A stretch of 21,017 nt of DNA, taken from Bdellovibrionales bacterium. Lineage in GTDB: Bacteria > Bdellovibrionota > Bdellovibrionia > Bdellovibrionales > UBA1609. The position numbers were made by a program, and so were the translations under genes. Within the stretch, counting starts at the first letter, position 1, and each line of letters begins with the position of its first letter. This document shows positions 17,500 through 21,017 of this stretch, in pieces. The stretch is from contig CBDATP010000004.1 in NCBI GenBank assembly GCA_965199825.1, forward strand, positions 1 through 21,017, written 5' to 3'. Under the pieces are notes generated by a model. That model did no database searches. It was given only the letters and a program-made list of their open reading frames with translations, and was not told where the DNA came from.

Positions 17500-20400
17500 T
17501 TATTCTTGAAGTATAAAATGAACATTTGGATAACGTCCTCGAAATGAATCATTTATTCTGTCGTCGTCACTGTCACGTCCAATCGGTAATAGATAAAATC
17601 GTTGATTGAGTTGTCTTGATGAAAGACAAGGATTTCCAAGTCTTGTTTGGCATGAATTAGTATCCGATCTAATTGGAATTAATGCTTGAAAATGTGTAGA
17701 ACCACTTTCACCGACCATTTGTATTACTATTGGTCTAACTGAGACCGGGTATTTTTTCGAGCATATACGTCCACCTCTTCCTATAGAGTCAGGTTTAATC
17801 CAGAGATCAATTGGACGATTCACTACAATTGATGTCGCGATTTGATGTGGTAAATCAGCCCAATGAAATGTGTTGGGACGAAGATTGTTGTCACCTTTGA
17901 TGAACTTCTCGTAGACCTTTTCAATGTTGGGAAAAGGACTTGATGTTGCTATAGAGAAGCACAATGGAGCTGGAGGCAATGCGAATATATTTGATAAGGG
18001 AGCAAAGTAGCCATCCCAGAATCTCAGAACTGCTGCAAGAGCGCCAAATCGAATAATATGGTAGTGTCTCTCTGTTGCAAACAAACACATGGAAACAGCT
18101 CTATACCAACAACTTCCGTCGCCAACCACATCAACTGCTTTATAATTGAGTTGAACATGTCTTTGAAGCCATTGTTGGCCTTGGAATCTTCGGATACTTG
18201 GCGGTAAGTCGTGAATTGTCTTGATATTAGCTGTGTTGAGCGTGTCTTTTACTCTCTTGGTTAAGGTTGGATAAAATTTCTTTATGAAATCATCGACGCT
18301 GGACTTTGATTCCTCAAGTAGAACGGAACTTATTAAAAGTTTGGTCAATGCATCCGCACATTCTGAGTCAAGATCAGTTAATATTTGAAATCTTGATTCA
18401 GTCGTATCACTTGAACTTGATGATGTAGATGGATGTGAGCGCTTCTGAGATGTATGTTCGGACGTGTCCATTTCGGATGGTGAAGGCAAGCCAGAGAGTG
18501 GTCTATTATCTGCATAAGTTGGATCAATTTGGGTTGAACCGGAGTAATTGATTGGTGGAATAAGATTTTCAGTATCAAAAGGATACCAAATATCGTCGTG
18601 GATTTGTGGATTACCATCATGTTCTACATAACTAAATGATGTATCACTATTAGGAATTAGACAGTTGTAAAGTCTATGTTGAAAATCTAAAGACATGACG
18701 ACAGATCTTCGATTATTTTGACTTCTTGGTGAATATCGGGTAACAACATTATGCTTTCCCATTACCCAACAAATGTCTATTGGACGATCGATGGCTTCAG
18801 AAACGGCTAAGACTGCTGCGTTTTCGGTCCAATTAAATCGAAAGTCCAAAGTCCCCAATGGATTGTCGTCGCGTCTGAATCTTTCTTTAGATGTGTCGTT
18901 AAATACTTTTTCTTTGATACCTTCAAATCTGACGGAAACAGCAATACTCAGGCAAAAATCATATGCGTTTCTGAATAGAGCTCCTTGATGCAAGTCCCAT
19001 CTCTCCATTTGTTGACTCACACAAAATAGAGCAGCAAATCTAATAATTTGTTCATAAGCTTGCTGTCCATAAAGAAGAACTGAAATTGAATAATAAAAGC
19101 AATTTCCATCGTGAGCAACATCGTATTGATGAAATTCGTTTGCGATGTTAGGAGGAATGAAGGGTTCGTGATAGTCTCGTACTCCATTCTTAATGGGGAT
19201 ACTCTGGTGATGTGTTGGAACATTGATTGATAGAATTTCTTTCTGTCGAACTTCGTTAAGAACATAAACGCCAAAATCTAAACAAATCAACTTGACTGAA
19301 GGTTTGGCGAATAGTGTCATTGTCTCTGAAATGATTGAATCTGAATAACTGTCTGATTACTTCTTGCACTCTAGAAAGTCTTGATCCAGTTGTCGGAATA
19401 GTTATCCTTGGAATGATTGCAGATACAAATGAAGTTCCAGGATGAGGTAGTGGCTGTGGTTGAGGTCTTGGTTGTGGTTTTGATGTTGGTTTAGGTGTTA
19501 CTTGAGTCTCATGTTTAGGCTTGTCTTTAGATTGGGAGCTAATTTTGAAGTCTTTACCGACATCTGCCATCTTCTGAGATGATGTGGGCTCTTCTGCTTC
19601 TTCTGCTTCTCCTTCTTCTTCTTCGTCATTTGCTTCTTGGATCTATGAATTTGTCGTCATATTTCCATTGAGGGAAAGGGTAGTTTGGCTCCCTTTGATC
19701 TTCAGGAGGCAGAAAGTCATTATTCTCAATCCATTTTAGAAGTTCTTGATAATATAATTTGATGAAAATCTTCGTTATATCGAATGCAATTAATCTCATA
19801 TCGCTGGCACGTCTTGTTCTAGTAAGCGCAACATAAGCTTGTCCCGAAGCAAACATCATCTCGTCTACTGAAACATACACTTTGTCTAAAGTCTTCCCTT
19901 GAACGCGATGTACAGTTGCGGCCCAACCAAGTGATATTGGGAATTGTTGACGGATATATCTATTTTCGCCATAATCATCGATGGTTTGTTTCATTGTTCT
20001 GATTGGGAAGAATTCTTTGCCGTCTAGCGATCTCAAGATGATATAATTCGAATCTGGATGAATAGAATCGACGATCGCTTGTCTTCCATTGACTAGGCCT
20101 TTGGCTACATTGAAGTTTCTTCCTATGAATAATAATGCGTTCTTCTTGATTTTAAGAACGTTTACCATTTTCTCATCTATTTCTTTAAGTCGTTTAAGTG
20201 ATAATTCTGATAGTTGATGTCCAGACATATCAGTATCGATAGCTTCGAAGCTGAATTCCTGTTCTTTTGATTTGGCTAATATATCATTGTTGAACTGATC
20301 TACTTGTGCGCGCAATGATACAATAATTGTTATGTTCTTCTCGAATGCAGACTGCTTCACGCGCTCAATATCTTTAACGACTTTAGACTTGAAATAATTG

Positions 20401-21017
20401 TTGACTTCTGGTGTGACATTGCCAACTCTGACGTATTGAAGCATTCTTGCGAATTCAGCATCTCCAGACTGTCTTACAATTTCTTTCATTGTGAAATTCT
20501 TAAACAATTTAAAGAACTGTCCATTGAACCATGGTGCGTATCGTGATGGTAATTGAGCTGGATCTCCAAACAGAATAATGTGTTTGCCGCCAAATTCTTT
20601 TCCTTTGTCGCAAAGTTTACAATTAATTCTGATGTTACGTTCCATTTCTTCCATCATCATTTCATCAATCATTGAAATCTCATCGATGAGGAAGACATCA
20701 CAATAGCGCACGAGCCAAGATTCAATTGTGTTGGGCTGGATATGAGACTTGTACTTGGTGTCGAATCTGAATTTTGAGTGACACGTTTGACCACCAAGTT
20801 GATGAGCAGCTGAACCAGTGGGAGCGAGGATTGAAAAGGACTTGTACGTTGATTCTTCTGTCTTGTCTTTAAATAGGGCACATAGCGCTTTGATGAGGAA
20901 AGACTTGCCTGTGCCTGCTGGTCCAACAATGTTCAATAAGACTTGTTCGTTTCTGCTTATCTGTTCTCGAATATAGTCGAAAACTTTGCGTTGATCTTCC
21001 GTGAAATCTTTTATGTA
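17500..21017 (-). pseudogene. Frameshifted copy of RepHel (helicase plus OTU part; the 5' part lies beyond the window)
   Basis: Two 1-nt insertions relative to copy 1, at 19278 (C) and 19628 (A, creating TGA at 19626-19628). They split the frame into the 436-, 104- and 606-aa ORFs of the track. About 29 substitutions between ~18828 and ~20379. Could instead be sequencing or assembly error. Confidence 0.75.

Larger units (their letters stand above)
12188..21017 (-). mobile_element. Second, partial tandem copy of the same element (cut by the window end), with 277 bp of extra duplicated sequence and two frameshifts
   Basis: Identical by eye to copy 1 from 12188 to ~16714. The offset then becomes +12464 (17500 vs 5036) and later +12466 (20669 vs 8203). 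Confidence 0.92.

Overview
This is eukaryotic (probably invertebrate) DNA made of about 1.7 head-to-tail copies of a 12,187-bp unit; base 1 recurs at 12188. The unit is an autonomous Helitron-like rolling-circle element, most like the Helentron/Helitron2 (HLE2) type. It carries one minus-strand gene of about 2,355 aa with two Myb/SANT-like helical repeats, a CxxC..CxxC Zn-binding region, an HUH Rep nuclease, a PIF1 (SF1B) helicase and two tandem OTU-like protease domains. I see no APE endonuclease. The gene appears to have a multi-exon leader with short GT-AG introns (47-85 nt) and a 3'-UTR intron. About 3.5 kb of each unit is a highly ordered non-coding module. In order it holds: a 28-bp stem whose five mismatches are all G-T on the minus strand; 14 consecutive hairpins with 3-nt loops at about 30-nt spacing, nine of which share an ATG-ACA-CAT core but have different self-complementary arms; ten 60-bp repeats; eight tandem perfect U1/5'-splice-site motifs; degenerate ~165-bp palindromic repeats; and a perfect 22-bp inverted repeat. 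Copy 2 is rearranged exactly at that inverted repeat and has two frameshifts inside a sharply bounded ~1.55-kb divergent patch. The true element termini could not be fixed from this window.
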